From Terriglobia bacterium (GTDB lineage: Bacteria; Acidobacteriota; Terriglobia; JAJPHL01; JAPKYU01): a DNA stretch of 64,000 nucleotides. The translations under genes were made by a program, and so were the position numbers. The stretch covers positions 1,056,001-1,120,000 of the forward strand of contig CBDBKE010000004.1 of NCBI GenBank assembly GCA_965206645.1. Reading direction: 5' to 3'. The stretch's first letter is position 1. The number at the start of each line of letters is the position of its first letter. The notes under the pieces are model-generated. The model had not been told where the DNA came from. It was given only the letters and a program-made list of their open reading frames with translations, and ran no database searches. This document shows positions 44,449 through 55,869 of this stretch, piece after piece.

Positions 44449-44917
44449 GATGTGTTTCCTCCTGAAAGTTTAAGGGTTTGTGAGCGCTTCCGCTCACCCG
44501 CAAATGGCGGAAACGGCCAAACCCTGACACGGGAGGAACAGCGCCGACGAAGCCAGTGACGGGCAGGGCCGACAAGGGCAAGAGCGAGTGACAGACGCCT
44601 GCCAGGCGAGGGGACCGTTCTGGCGCGAGCCTTGCGTCGGAACCAACCGGACCAAGCTAAGGCCAGCGGCAAAATGGCGCAACCCCATACCCGTCTTCCG
44701 GTCGGAGGCGGCAAGCTCGATTGGTAAATCGCAACCGGGACGGGGCACCTGGAACCGGACGCGCCATGCTCCGGCGAATGGAACGCAACGCAAAGGGAAT
44801 TGCAGGATGGATTCTTGCCAAACTGAACGGTGTTGGGCCACAAGCAGCTTCATTGCAGCAGGAAGCCTTGCCAGGGTAACACGCGCATCAGCGGTGCTCA
44901 TCCTCCCCCGCCGCTTC
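44449..44917 (-). repeat. Structured leader element, copy 3 (complete)
   Basis: Aligns over its full length with 32791-33256. Confidence 0.85.
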
Positions 44918-45045
44918 TGATCTCACTTGCAAACTCCAATGTGGGGACTTCGATCATGTCTAGTAGCTCAGGGCGTTCAGCCCCCCTTGTGCTCGGTTTG
45001 TTTCTGTGTGGTTCCTGTCTGGGGCGTGGGAGGATTCCGAGCCCC

Positions 45046-45290
45046 GATTCGCAAATGGTGACCGAACGGGTGATCACGCCCAGCAATTTGTTATTAACTA
45101 CAATATAATAAATTAGTTAATAGCATAATAGGGCGGGCGGGAGCGCCCCCCCCTCTTCGAGACCTCGGTGCGGACATGGGGACGGGTGGGTTTTCACACC
45201 GCCGCCCCGCCCCCTCGGGGGGTCGCTCCCGTCTAAATTATCCCTGCGGGAAGGCCTTCGAGCCGGCTAAGAAGCCGGTGCTGGGGACGG
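45046..45290. repeat. AT-rich oriV-like segment, copy 1
   Basis: Homologous to 54752-54975; AT-rich run flanked by GC blocks. Confidence 0.6.
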
Positions 45291-45496
45291 CGGAGCCGAG
45301 GCGGTTGCGGAGCAGATCACAGTTCGTTTACTGGCCGCGCCGACACGCGCCGGGCATGTGCCACAACCAAAGATCTCCGATTCGCAGCACGCGCAGATGG
45401 CCGCCCCACATCGCACGCGCTCGCTCTCGGAGCCGCGAGATTTGCGAGACTTACACGAAGCTGGATGTGTCTCGGAAGTAACGAAGGGACTGATTG

Positions 45497-46414
45497 ATGG
45501 CTGCACTACATCCATTGGAAAGGGATCTGGCAACACTCTGGGAATTTTGTCGGAGAGCCAAGACGGGAATACGGGGAGGGCCGACAACGAACTCTGAACA
45601 ACAGATTTTTACGTATGGGCTTGTCGCTTACGCCATAGAGTTGGCAACAGCGGTGGGTTGGCTGACAACGGTAAAGAATGGACCGGGAGCCATGACACTG
45701 ATGGTGACCCTTGAGGCCACACATAAGACAATCGAGCAGGTCATCAATGTAATGGATCCCAATGATCTGAGATCCGTTCTCCGCGCTCCGAAAGGAAAGA
45801 TCAAAGTTGATTTGGCGAAGTGGACGAGCCCAATGGCCAAGCAATTCTGGAATGTTGTGGACAGTCCGCTGCGGACCGATTGTCGACACGGCGGTTCCGT
45901 CCACTGGGACTGGCTGATGGAAGCTGACGAAGCGGGGCGGATCTGGGAGCATTCCGTGGGCAACCAGAGAAAAGCCGTGATGGGTACAAACGCCGCAATG
46001 GTACAGATAGTGAATTTGTTCGGCGACGCTGCAGAGGACGACCTGGAATGGAATTACCAGCAGATCACGGGAAACGTCTGGCGAGAGGAGGACTTGAACT
46101 GGGATGCGTCGACAAGCGAAGTCCCATGGTACGCGCCGTATCGAGCGATACAACGGCAAGCTCCCCCGAGGGGGATGTCTCAGGTCTTGCAAGCCATTAA
46201 TGAGTACGAGAAGACTGCCTCCCTCGTCTTCGACATTGAATGGGGTGGACGTCGCCCGCAGGACACGAAAGAACCTTGGGGAGAATACCGACTCTATGCA
46301 ACGAATACGGCCATGGCGCTTGGAGAGGGCGTTTACAACCTTGTGCAAGCAGGGATGTACGGAGCGGCATTTGCTCTTGCACGAGCGAACTGGGAGAGCG
46401 CGGCGAATGCGCAC
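45497..46414 (+). pseudogene. Hypothetical protein truncated by IS3 type B
   Basis: About 306 codons; the stop is supplied by the IS end. Confidence 0.55.
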
Positions 46415-47694
46415 TGACCTGCCGGCTTTCTTCGGACCACCGATTACTGGAGAACAGCGCCAGTCGGCATGGTTAAGTCGCTCTCGTGTTCTTCTTGGTC
46501 AGCGTGAGCCGGCATCGCCGGCGAGCGCCCACCGTCATCCGAGCCAGCACGGAGCTGCGCTTTGAACTCGGCTGGCGTCAGATAGCCAAGGCTCGAGTGC
46601 GGTCGCACGTCGTTGTAGTGCCGTCGCCATTGCTCGATCCCCACCTTCGCGTCCACGCGGTTCCGAAACCACTGCAGGCTCAGATACTCGTCGCGGAACT
46701 TCCCGTTGAACGATTCGTCGGTCGCATTCTGCCACGGCTTCCCCGGCTCGATGAGCGCGGTTTCGATCTGCGCCTGGAGCAGCCACCGGAGAATCGCACC
46801 CGCGACAAACTCGGGGCCGTTGTCGGACCGGAGGTAACGTGGGGCTCCGTGGACGCTCACGAGCTGCGTGAGCACCTCGATAACGCGCCCGGACCGAATG
46901 CCGCCGGCCACGTCGATCGCGAGTGACTCGCGGGTCCATTCGTCGACGACGGTGAGGCACTTGAGCGTCTGCCCATTCGCGCAGGTGTCGAACACGAAGT
47001 CGTACGCCCAGACGTGATTGACCGCAGTGGCGGGCACCGGGCGGGGCCGGCTCAGGGCGACCCGGCGCCGCGGCCGCCGCCGAGGCACCTGCAACCCCGC
47101 CTGGCGCCAGAGGCGATGGGTCCGGTCCGTGCTCATCGTGTGCCCTTCGCGTTTTAGGAAAATCCGAATCCGGCGATAGCCGTACCGCGGATACTGCGCC
47201 GCCAGACGACGCATCGCGGCCAGCGCCGGGGCATCCCGGTCGACCAGCCGCGACTGGTAGCCCAGCGTGGACCGTGCGACGGAGAGCAAGGCGCACGCGC
47301 GGCGACCCGACAGACCGCGTGCACGTGCATACGCGACCTGCGGCCGGCGCACGCGTGCGCCTACCATTTTTTTCGGGTGATCTCCTTGAGCACGTCGATC
47401 TCCAGATCTCGATCGGCCACCATCTTTTTCAGCCGGCCGTTCTCCTGCTCGAGCTGCCGCAGCCGCTTCACATCGGCGGGCTCCAACGTGCCGAAGTGTT
47501 TCCGCCAGGCGTAGAGCGTCTGGGCGCTGACGCCGTTCTTTTTGGCCACCTCCGGAACGGGCCGCTGATCGGCCTCGCGGAGGATCGTCACCATCTGCTC
47601 TTCGGTAAACCGGGTCTTCTTCATGGCTCCCTCGTTTCTCCGAGGGCGCCATTCTCTCAGGCTTCAGCTGGTCCGGAAATCGCCAGGCAGGTCA
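46415..47694 (-). mobile_element. IS3 type B, copy 2
   Basis: Near-identical to 2344-3623. Confidence 0.95.
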
Positions 47695-47764
47695 TCAGCT
47701 TGTTAGGTATCTTCATCGTCGCGCTTTCTTCTTCTCCAGTCCCCCTGGAATCGCTGTGAGTCGA

Positions 47765-48034
47765 ATACGAACTCCAGCGGCCTCAACTTGGAGGTCCCCG
47801 CCATCATGCTCTGGAACACAGTTTACCTGGAACGGGTGTGCAAGCGTTGCGGGGCGCCGGAAATACGGGTGACAGTCTGTTTTCCCACCTGTCGCCACTG
47901 GGCTGGGAAGCATCAACCTGACGGGAGACTACAACTGGCGGCAGAACAAGCAAAACGAACCGGGCGACTTCCGGCCCATCCCGCCGCTCAATCGGCCTTA
48001 GCGTGCGATTTTCTCCGTTTCGTGTGGTGACCCC
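47765..48034 (+). mobile_element. Tn3-family remnant: transposase C-terminus and 38-bp IR (47997-48034)
   Basis: SGLNL...AIMLWNTVYLER, HLSPLGW, INLTGDY; the IR reads GGGGTC...ACGCTAAG. Confidence 0.85.
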
Positions 48035-48298
48035 ATTCATGGCTTGTCGTGTCGTTCGCTTTGCCGCAGTAGCTGGTCCACGGCGACCACCTTCCCGCTC
48101 CGGCGAACCTCAGGCAACGACTTGCGCCCTTTTGCTTGTTCCAAAACCTCAATATCAAGTCGCTGAAGCTCGCTCTTGAGACGAAAGATCTCACGCTCGG
48201 CCTTGATCACTTGAAAGGATCACGTGGCGGTGGGAGAATCGAGCCATGGGAGAATAGGCGGCTCTTTCCAGACGGTTACAATGTCCCCAGAACTCTAG

Positions 48299-48580
48299 AT
48301 GGCAAATAAACACACTGAATTCTGGCTTGCTTTATTGAACTTGGGAAAAGACGCGGACCACCGGGTGCGATTGTGGAACGGCTATCTTGGCTGGAAGCTG
48401 CCTCCCAAAATAAAAGGGGAGATGGAGCCCAGGGCTGGCTGGCCTCAATTAATCGTCGATGCCCCGGACGGTGGTTGGCCGGAACTGACCGGGGAAGACA
48501 AAGAGACAATCGAGATATTGGCCGATACCCGTGGCGGGCATCCTCGGCGGTCAGGTCCAATCGTCGTTAGGCGCACCTGA
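48299..48580 (+). CDS. 93-aa hypothetical protein upstream of the helicase
   Basis: ATG ORF, Trp/Pro-rich, co-oriented with the helicase. Confidence 0.5.
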   Translation: MANKHTEFWLALLNLGKDADHRVRLWNGYLGWKLPPKIKGEMEPRAGWPQLIVDAPDGGWPELTGEDKETIEILADTRGGHPRRSGPIVVRRT

Positions 48581-48648
48581 CGCGCGATGCGGGCAACGGA
48601 CAAGAATACGATTGTGTGAAAGCCCCGACCGATGGCACAGAAAACCTC

Positions 48649-51600
48649 ATGAACTTAGAAAGAACTCGGCTTCTTTCCCTTATCGAATTCTCTCAGCAGT
48701 CTGCTCGGCTACGGGGCAAGCCAGCCGCTACCATTGCCGCACACGATCTCTTCGCTCTCTACGAGCACGAGATCCAAGGACTGCCGGGCATCCGCATTAA
48801 CGTCAACGGCCTTGAGAGCGACGACGAGATTTGGCTTGCCGTTGAGCGGCTGCACGAGACGAGGCCCCCGGATATTGCCAGCGCGGTGCTGCGGCCCTGG
48901 GTGCGAATGACGCAGGAACCAGCGGAAGAACCGAGGCTGAGCGAGGCCACGGACGGCGCATGTCTGATTGCAGAGGGCACGCATTGTTCATCGGCAACTC
49001 CATCCGAGCAAGGCAAACCTGTCATCGCCCCCGAGGCGACGGTCATACTCTCCGACTACGACAGGTGTGCTCTCGTCAAGGCCCAGTTCGCCGCCTACTT
49101 AGACACGAAGTGGCGCCCCTGGGCAGAGGAAGAGAAACTCCGTCGCAAGACCATCCGCCTGTACTCCCAACTCTTCACGCTCAAGCAGAGGTTCGAGGGC
49201 GGCATTGTTGAAGCGCAACTCGAGCTCGTCTGGGGAGTGGGCCTCGGCATCTGGAACTCCAATGGCACCAGCGTGAGCTATCCATTGGTAGGACGGCTAG
49301 CCGAAATGTCGCTCAACTCTGTGACGGCCGAAGTGGAGGTCCGACCTCGGGATGTCGATGCTCGCACCGAGGTTGACTGGTACGCATCCGTCGATAATCC
49401 TGGCGTTGCCGACTTGGAGAGGGCAGCGAAGGAATTCTTCGGGAGTGCTACGACAACCTTTTCGCCGTTCGACCGCGGCACCTTCGAGCCTTTGCTTCGC
49501 ACCGCGGCTACCAACCTCGACGCGAACGGCATCTACTGGCCAAACGAAGTGTCGGCTGAGGACCGGACGCTGCCCAAGTCCGACGACAAGCTCAAAGTCA
49601 CCGATACGTGGGTGCTCTTTGCACGTCCGCGCACCAACAACCTGTTTCTGCAAGACCTGGACAAGCTGAAAAAACGAGCCGAAGAAGCCGAGACCTACCC
49701 ACCCGCTGTGGCTGCAGTGCTGACCGACCCGGACACGACTAACCGGGTCGTCGAACTGCCACCCTTCCGTGGTGTCTCCGCCTCATACCACTTGGAGCGC
49801 AGTACGAGCGACGAGAAGGCGTATGACCTCTACTTCCCCAAGGCCTTCAACGACGAACAGGTCCGCGTCATCCAGTTGTTAGACATTTCCGATGGCGTCG
49901 TCGTGCAGGGTCCGCCTGGCACGGGCAAAACACATACCATCGCCAACGTTATCTGTCACTACTTGGCGGGGGGCAAGCGGGTGCTCGTGACCTCAATGAA
50001 GGACCCGGCATTGGCGGTGCTGCAGGAACAGCTTCCCGAGGAAATTCGTCCGCTCGCCATTTCGCTGTTGACGAGCGAACAGGAGGGTATGAAGCAGTTC
50101 GAGCACGCCATCCACAAGATTGCCTCCGAGGTGCAGGGCCTCGACAGAAGCAGCACAGCGAGAACCATCAACCATCTTGAAGAATTCATTGATACCCTCC
50201 ACGGCAAGCTTGGCAGCATTGACCGCAAGATCGGCGACTGGGCGAAGCGGAACCTCGCCAAGGTCACGTTTGAAACCGAGGAGATCGACCCTCAAGACGC
50301 AGCGCGCGAAGTGGTCGGGAACGCCGACCAGTTCGAGTGGATTCCTGACATGCTTGGAATCACTCCGGAGTTCGCCCCGCAGTTCTTGGATGCGGACGTT
50401 GTGCGGCTACGAGAGGCAAGGCGTGCGCTAGGCCAAGACATCGACTACCTTGATGCGTCGCTGCCGCAACTCGTTGAGTTTCCAGACTCCAAAGCACTGC
50501 TCGAAGTCCACCAGGACCTGTCCCAGTTTGAAAAGCTGAAAGAGGGCGTCGATAACGGCGAAGTTCCGGCGCTCGCCGATTCGACGCAGGAGACGCTCGC
50601 TCGCGCTCAGCAACTCCTCACGCTCATCGAGGCGTTTCAGCGCCTGCGCGACGAGGTAGTGCAGGCGCATCGTCAGTGGACGGTCGCCATGAGCGAGCGT
50701 CTACGGCGCAGCGGCAACGACAATCTGGTGCCGATTCTAGAAGCCCTCGGCGCCGAGCTTGAGCAGGCTGTCGACCGGCGCAAGGCCTTTCTTGAGCGGC
50801 CGGTTACCACGCCCGCAGGCATCGAGCATGATACCGAGCTCACGGAGGCTGTGAGCAATCTTGCCGAGGGTAAGAGTCCTTTTGGTCTGAAGGGACTGTT
50901 CGGCAGGACCGCGCAGAAGAAGCAGCTGGACAGCATTCGCGTTCTCGGCACTCCCCCTGCCAACGCCGACAGTTGGAAGCATGTCGCCGAGCATCTGGCG
51001 TTGTTGAAATGCCTGCGCGAACTGGCCTTGCGGTGGAACACTCTTGCCCTCGAGCTTCCACTTGAAACCGTACCGGGGGACAAGCCGGAAAGCGGCCTGG
51101 CAGCCTCCCAGGCCTACGCCCTCTACCTCAAGGTAAAGGGCGCAGTTAAGGCAGAACGCGAACTCTGCGCCGCAGCTTCTCTGGTTTTCCCCAACTGGGT
51201 TCATGTCCACGACCTGGCGGATAACACGCAGCGGCTCGCTGAGCTGGAGAAAGCGGTGCGGCACCACCTTACCAAGAACCGACTCGCCAACGTCTGGGCT
51301 CACAAGGAGCGCTTTCAGAAGGTACTGGAAGGCCGCACGGGCCACGTCGTAGAGGACATCCGCCGGTTTCTAGCCGAGACGCTAGGCAATCCTGAAATTG
51401 AAGACGCCCGGATGCAGGCTGGGTGGGCGACGTTGATGACGGAGCTATCTCGCGTGCTGGGCCTGGGCACGCATCTGGCCGCGCTGCATGAGGTTTGCGG
51501 CATAGTTGAGGCCTCAGGGGCGCCTAAGTACGCGGCGTCGCTCAAACGACCGCTTGAGGGCACGGTGGATGGCCTTCTACCAGACCACTGGCGCAGCGCA

Positions 51601-53958
51601 TGGCGGCTGAGGCGCCTGGACACCTACCTCAAATCGATTGACGCACAAGAAGAACTGAAGAGGTTGGCGAAGGATCGCCGCGAAGTGGAGGGCGATTTGT
51701 CGCGCGCCTATCGTGATGTCGTTGTGAAGCGGACGTGGCTGAAACTCGCAGAGAACGCTTCGCCCAGCATTCGGGCCGCTCTGCAGGCGTATCTAAACGC
51801 CATTCAGAAAATCGGCAGGGGCGGGGGCAAGCGCGCAGTGCGCTATCGGCATGATGCGCGTATGGCGGCATCGCAGGCGAACCCTGCAGTTCCGTGCTGG
51901 ATAATGCCGCACTACCGCGTATCCGAATCGCTGCCTGCAGAACTGGGCTGCTTCGACCTCGTCGTCATCGACGAAGCGTCGCAATCGGACCTAACGGCAT
52001 TGCCTTCCTTGTTGCGGGCGAAGAAATTGCTTATCGTCGGCGACGACAAGCAAGTCTCTCCGGAAGGGGTGGGTCTCGAGGAGGAGAAGATTCGTAGCCT
52101 CATGAGTCGCTTCCTCGGCAATCAGGTAGAAACCTACCGCCCGCAGATGTCGCCAGAGCGCTCCATCTATGACCTGTTCAAAGTAGTGTTCGCCAAGAGC
52201 ACGGTGATGCTGAAGGAGCATTTCCGCTGTGTCGGCCCGATCATCGAGTACTCCAAGCGCGAGTTCTATAATCACGACCTGCGGCCGCTGCGCATACCGA
52301 AAGCCTCCGAGCGTCTCGACCCTCCCCTCATCGATGTGGTGGTGGAAGACGGCTACCGAAGGGGCGACGTCAATCTGCCCGAGGCGCGATTCATCGTAGA
52401 TGAAATCAAGGCCATTGTGTCTGACCTACACCTGGGCGGCCGCTCTATCGGGGTCGTCTCGCTGCTCGCGAACAAGCAGGCCTTGTTTATATGGGAGCGG
52501 CTGACCGATGAGCTCGGGCCGGAAGTACTGCAGCGCCATCGCATCGCTTGTGGCGATGCACGCACGTTCCAGGGCAAAGAGCGGGACATCATGTTTCTCT
52601 CGATGGTGTCGGCGCCCAACGAGGTCGGCGCGCCGCTCTCCCGCGATACTTTCGCCCAGCGTTTCAACGTGGCGGCTTCGCGCGCGAGGGACCGGATGTA
52701 CCTGGTGCGTTCGGTGGCACTGGAGCATCTTAGCGAGGCGGACCGGTTTCGGCGCAGTCTCATCGCACACTTCGCGACACCCTTCGCCCAGGATGAGATG
52801 CGCGTGGAGGACCTGCGCACGCTTTGCGAGTCGCCTTTCGAACGCGAGATGTACGACGAACTCACGCAGCGCGGCTACTTAGTGACGCCTCAAGTGCAGG
52901 TCGGCCAGTACCGCATTGACATGGTGGTGGAGGGACACAATGACACCCGGTTAGCGGTCGAGTGTGACGGCGACCAGTACCACGGCCCAGACAAGTGGGC
53001 CGACGACATGCAGCGTCAGCGCGTCCTAGAGCGCGCCGGGTTGGTGTTCTGGCGGTGTTTCTCCTCCGCCTTCATCCGCCGACGAAACGACATGCTGAAC
53101 GACCTCTTGAAGGCATTAGCCGAGCGCGGCATCGAACCGATTGGGACCGAAGGCGCACCGAGGAGCGTTCATACTGAGCACCGCGTCGTATCTTCTCGCA
53201 CTGAGCCGACGGTTGGACAGGGCACTGTGATCCCTGTTGAAGTTGTTGAGATCGCTCAGTCACCGATTCCCAAGGCATCGTCGGCACGAACCAGTTCAGC
53301 AAGAGCAGCTTCGCCTCCAGTAGAAGCTCGGAGGCATCCATCGACTGGCGACGGGAATCTCTTTGGCAATGCGCAAGTGATCGTTTCTTCGGTCAACTCG
53401 CGTTTCGCCGATCTGGTATTCAGCGATTATGTGGAGTATTCCGGCACTCCTGGAAATGACCCTCGCAACGTCAACAAGCATGGAGTCTCGGAAGGCATTG
53501 TCCGGATCGTCGAGGTCGAAGGCCCAGTGACTGCGAAACGAGCCTACGACATTTACCTGCGGGGTTGCGGCATCAAGCGAATGGGCCATGAGCTCAAGAG
53601 CACCATGAACAAAGCGCTTTTCCATGCCATTCGACAGGGACGTCTTGTTTGTGAAGATGAGACCGGCAAGAGCGGCATCCTTTTTTCCGTAGTCAGAGTG
53701 AAGGGGAGCCCGCCAATCAGGTTGCGCAGCAGGGGGCCGCGGTCATTCGAGGAGCTTCCACCGAGCGAGCTACAAGTCGTCGCCAGGTATCTGTTGGAAC
53801 GGCACAGTTATCCGTCTGGTAGTGACGATCATCTGCGTGCGGTCTTGGAGTGCTTTGATCTCAAACGGCTGACCACGCAGGTCGGCACGATGTTGCTGGA
53901 GATCCTGGAGAGGAGTTTTCCGTACGTGGACGAGTTCCTGAGTGGTATGTGCAGATAG
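48649..53958 (+). CDS. Large SF1 (Upf1/DNA2-like) helicase with a Vsr/DUF559-like nuclease and C-terminal wHTH-like domain; putative defence protein
   Basis: QGPPGTGKT, DEASQ, GDDKQ, EHFR, FQG.ERD and NVAASRAR motifs; ESPFE...YRID...VECDG..YH...D..RQ..LE. Confidence 0.85.
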   Translation: MNLERTRLLSLIEFSQQSARLRGKPAATIAAHDLFALYEHEIQGLPGIRINVNGLESDDEIWLAVERLHETRPPDIASAVLRPWVRMTQEPAEEPRLSEATDGACLIAEGTHCSSATPSEQGKPVIAPEATVILSDYDRCALVKAQFAAYLDTKWRPWAEEEKLRRKTIRLYSQLFTLKQRFEGGIVEAQLELVWGVGLGIWNSNGTSVSYPLVGRLAEMSLNSVTAEVEVRPRDVDARTEVDWYASVDNPGVADLERAAKEFFGSATTTFSPFDRGTFEPLLRTAATNLDANGIYWPNEVSAEDRTLPKSDDKLKVTDTWVLFARPRTNNLFLQDLDKLKKRAEEAETYPPAVAAVLTDPDTTNRVVELPPFRGVSASYHLERSTSDEKAYDLYFPKAFNDEQVRVIQLLDISDGVVVQGPPGTGKTHTIANVICHYLAGGKRVLVTSMKDPALAVLQEQLPEEIRPLAISLLTSEQEGMKQFEHAIHKIASEVQGLDRSSTARTINHLEEFIDTLHGKLGSIDRKIGDWAKRNLAKVTFETEEIDPQDAAREVVGNADQFEWIPDMLGITPEFAPQFLDADVVRLREARRALGQDIDYLDASLPQLVEFPDSKALLEVHQDLSQFEKLKEGVDNGEVPALADSTQETLARAQQLLTLIEAFQRLRDEVVQAHRQWTVAMSERLRRSGNDNLVPILEALGAELEQAVDRRKAFLERPVTTPAGIEHDTELTEAVSNLAEGKSPFGLKGLFGRTAQKKQLDSIRVLGTPPANADSWKHVAEHLALLKCLRELALRWNTLALELPLETVPGDKPESGLAASQAYALYLKVKGAVKAERELCAAASLVFPNWVHVHDLADNTQRLAELEKAVRHHLTKNRLANVWAHKERFQKVLEGRTGHVVEDIRRFLAETLGNPEIEDARMQAGWATLMTELSRVLGLGTHLAALHEVCGIVEASGAPKYAASLKRPLEGTVDGLLPDHWRSAWRLRRLDTYLKSIDAQEELKRLAKDRREVEGDLSRAYRDVVVKRTWLKLAENASPSIRAALQAYLNAIQKIGRGGGKRAVRYRHDARMAASQANPAVPCWIMPHYRVSESLPAELGCFDLVVIDEASQSDLTALPSLLRAKKLLIVGDDKQVSPEGVGLEEEKIRSLMSRFLGNQVETYRPQMSPERSIYDLFKVVFAKSTVMLKEHFRCVGPIIEYSKREFYNHDLRPLRIPKASERLDPPLIDVVVEDGYRRGDVNLPEARFIVDEIKAIVSDLHLGGRSIGVVSLLANKQALFIWERLTDELGPEVLQRHRIACGDARTFQGKERDIMFLSMVSAPNEVGAPLSRDTFAQRFNVAASRARDRMYLVRSVALEHLSEADRFRRSLIAHFATPFAQDEMRVEDLRTLCESPFEREMYDELTQRGYLVTPQVQVGQYRIDMVVEGHNDTRLAVECDGDQYHGPDKWADDMQRQRVLERAGLVFWRCFSSAFIRRRNDMLNDLLKALAERGIEPIGTEGAPRSVHTEHRVVSSRTEPTVGQGTVIPVEVVEIAQSPIPKASSARTSSARAASPPVEARRHPSTGDGNLFGNAQVIVSSVNSRFADLVFSDYVEYSGTPGNDPRNVNKHGVSEGIVRIVEVEGPVTAKRAYDIYLRGCGIKRMGHELKSTMNKALFHAIRQGRLVCEDETGKSGILFSVVRVKGSPPIRLRSRGPRSFEELPPSELQVVARYLLERHSYPSGSDDHLRAVLECFDLKRLTTQVGTMLLEILERSFPYVDEFLSGMCR

Positions 53959-54079
53959 CAGGCGACCGGGAGGGTGGAAACGGCTGGGTCGCCATTTAAC
54001 TTCTTTGTTGTCAGCACCATTTTGCCTTTCCTCTCATTGCGAAAGACGGTATCGTCAAGAAACCGTCAGAAAAATGGCC

Positions 54080-54310
54080 CTAGTTGGCCAGCACCGTAAA
54101 GGAAGTCGCGCCGTGCTCGTTCGCCTGCCGATCCAGCTTCGACAGCGATTCCCGCATCATGTTGAGCTTCGCCTGGCTGTAGCGCTTGAACACCGCAGTG
54201 TCACCTTGCCGCAGCATCGGCGTCACGAAATGATCCGCCACGCCACCCGCACTCAGCCGGGTCGCAAACGTGTGGCGCAACTCGTATAACGAAAAGTGGA
54301 GAATACCGGC
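54080..54310 (-). pseudogene. Tyrosine integrase C-terminal fragment
   Basis: YELRHTFATRLSAGGVAD...FKRYSQ; homologous to the 17547 integrase. Confidence 0.85.
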
Positions 54311-54460
54311 GCGCTGCAGCGTCCGGTCGCCCCGCAGTGCTTCCAGTGCCACCTTCGCTTTCAAATCACCAGAAAACCTGCGTCTCCTCCTCATCGCATA
54401 TCCCTCCTCAGTCGGTGGAATACACCTTAAACGTCTGTCCGATTTTCCGGGGCCACCTCA
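54311..54460 (-). mobile_element. IS3-family left end with orfA start
   Basis: TGAGGTGGCCCCGGAAAATCGGAC; MRRRRRFSGDLKAKVALEALRG. Confidence 0.75.
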
Positions 54461-54751
54461 CACTACTTCCTGGCCGGCGATCTGAAACGCCAGATCGAGC
54501 ACCGGGCCGTGTTGGAGCTTGCGGCTCGCGGCGTGGCCGGAGAGAAACAGCGGGATTGGTTGAAGGAGTCGATCCGCTAGCATGGCAATCAAGCCTACAG
54601 CCTGCGGCCCTCGGACCGCCCGTTGCGGATGAAAAAACCCCATCTTCGAAAGAAGCATGAACTGTAGCCGTGCGAAACTCTAGCCGGACATGAAGCCATC
54701 GTGGGTAACGGTCCTTCGGGCAAAGGACCGGAAATGGATTCCAAGCTCCAA

Positions 54752-54975
54752 TTCGCAAATGGCGATCTAACGGGTGATCGAGCCAGGCGATTCGTTATTA
54801 ACAACAATATAATAAATTAATTAATAGAACAGTAGGGCGGGCGATAGACGCCCCCCCTTTTTTTGGCCCCCTGGACCGGCCCGACGGAGGCAGCGCGACT
54901 TACATTCGCGCGGCGCCGTTCTCGGGGGGTCACTCCCGTCCCACCGATCCCTGCTGGGAGGCTCGGAGGCTGAGG
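54752..54975. repeat. AT-rich oriV-like segment, copy 2
   Basis: Homologous to 45046-45290. Confidence 0.6.
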
Positions 54976-54980
54976 AGCAA

Positions 54981-55526
54981 CTAACGTTGTCGGCCCCACC
55001 GCACGGTATCGAGCAATGTGTGGATTGCCGGTCGGTCCCCTGGCCGGTCGCCGACGTGGTGCAGCCGAACGATCCCCTCCGGGTCGACGATTACGTCGCC
55101 TCCCAGTTGGCTGACATCGCCACTCGGCATCCGGAGACGCCGCCCCCGTAACAGCAGCTTTACATAGACCCACCAGCTCGGCGGTCCGAAAATGCTCCAC
55201 CAATGTCCCCGGTTCATGCCGTAGGCCTGATACATCTCCAGCGCACTGTCGATCAGTATCGGCCACGCCAGGCAGGTCTCCCGCGCATAGGCCTCCACGG
55301 CCGGGCCGCTCTGGAAGGTGACAACGACAACCTCGACGTCGAGTTCCTTCAACTCCCTCTCGTGCCGTCGCAACTGCGACAGGTGTTCCCGGCACGGCAG
55401 TCAGGCCAGGTGCCGGTGAAACACCAGCAGCAGCCAGTGTCCGGAGTAGTCCGCCAGCTGCTGCCAGCGGCCTGTGATTTCGGGTAAACGGAACCCGGCG
55501 GCGGGGTGTCCACGTTTTGTTTCCAT
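54981..55526 (-). CDS. AhpC/TSA peroxiredoxin-like selenoprotein with UxxC (UGA at 55403-55401)
   Basis: METKRGHPAAGFRL...LADYSGHWLLLVFHRHLA-TGA-LPCREHL...QLGGDVIVDPEG..DRP; stem-loop 3' of the TGA. Confidence 0.88.
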
Positions 55527-55869
55527 GTGTCAGCGGCAGCTTCCTGACCCCCATGATGCTCGGGATCGTCTTCGGCGCAATTTTGTCGGCACAACTTATC
55601 TCCAGAACCGGCAGCCCATACCGGATACTGACCCTGATTGGCGATAGGTATAGGATTATGTATCTTATCCCCACCATGAACGAGAATACGGGCTTCGCCC
55701 GGGCCGTGGCTGAATACTGTGCTGAACAAAACAACGTCGCGCCTTTCGATCCTCACGACCGCAATTCTCTTCTTGACTGGCGTCGCAGGCACACAAGACA
55801 ACCACGCAGGATGATACGGTGGCGTGGACGGAATAGCCTTTCCCTGCGACCTGAGCTTCATTGGTCGCG

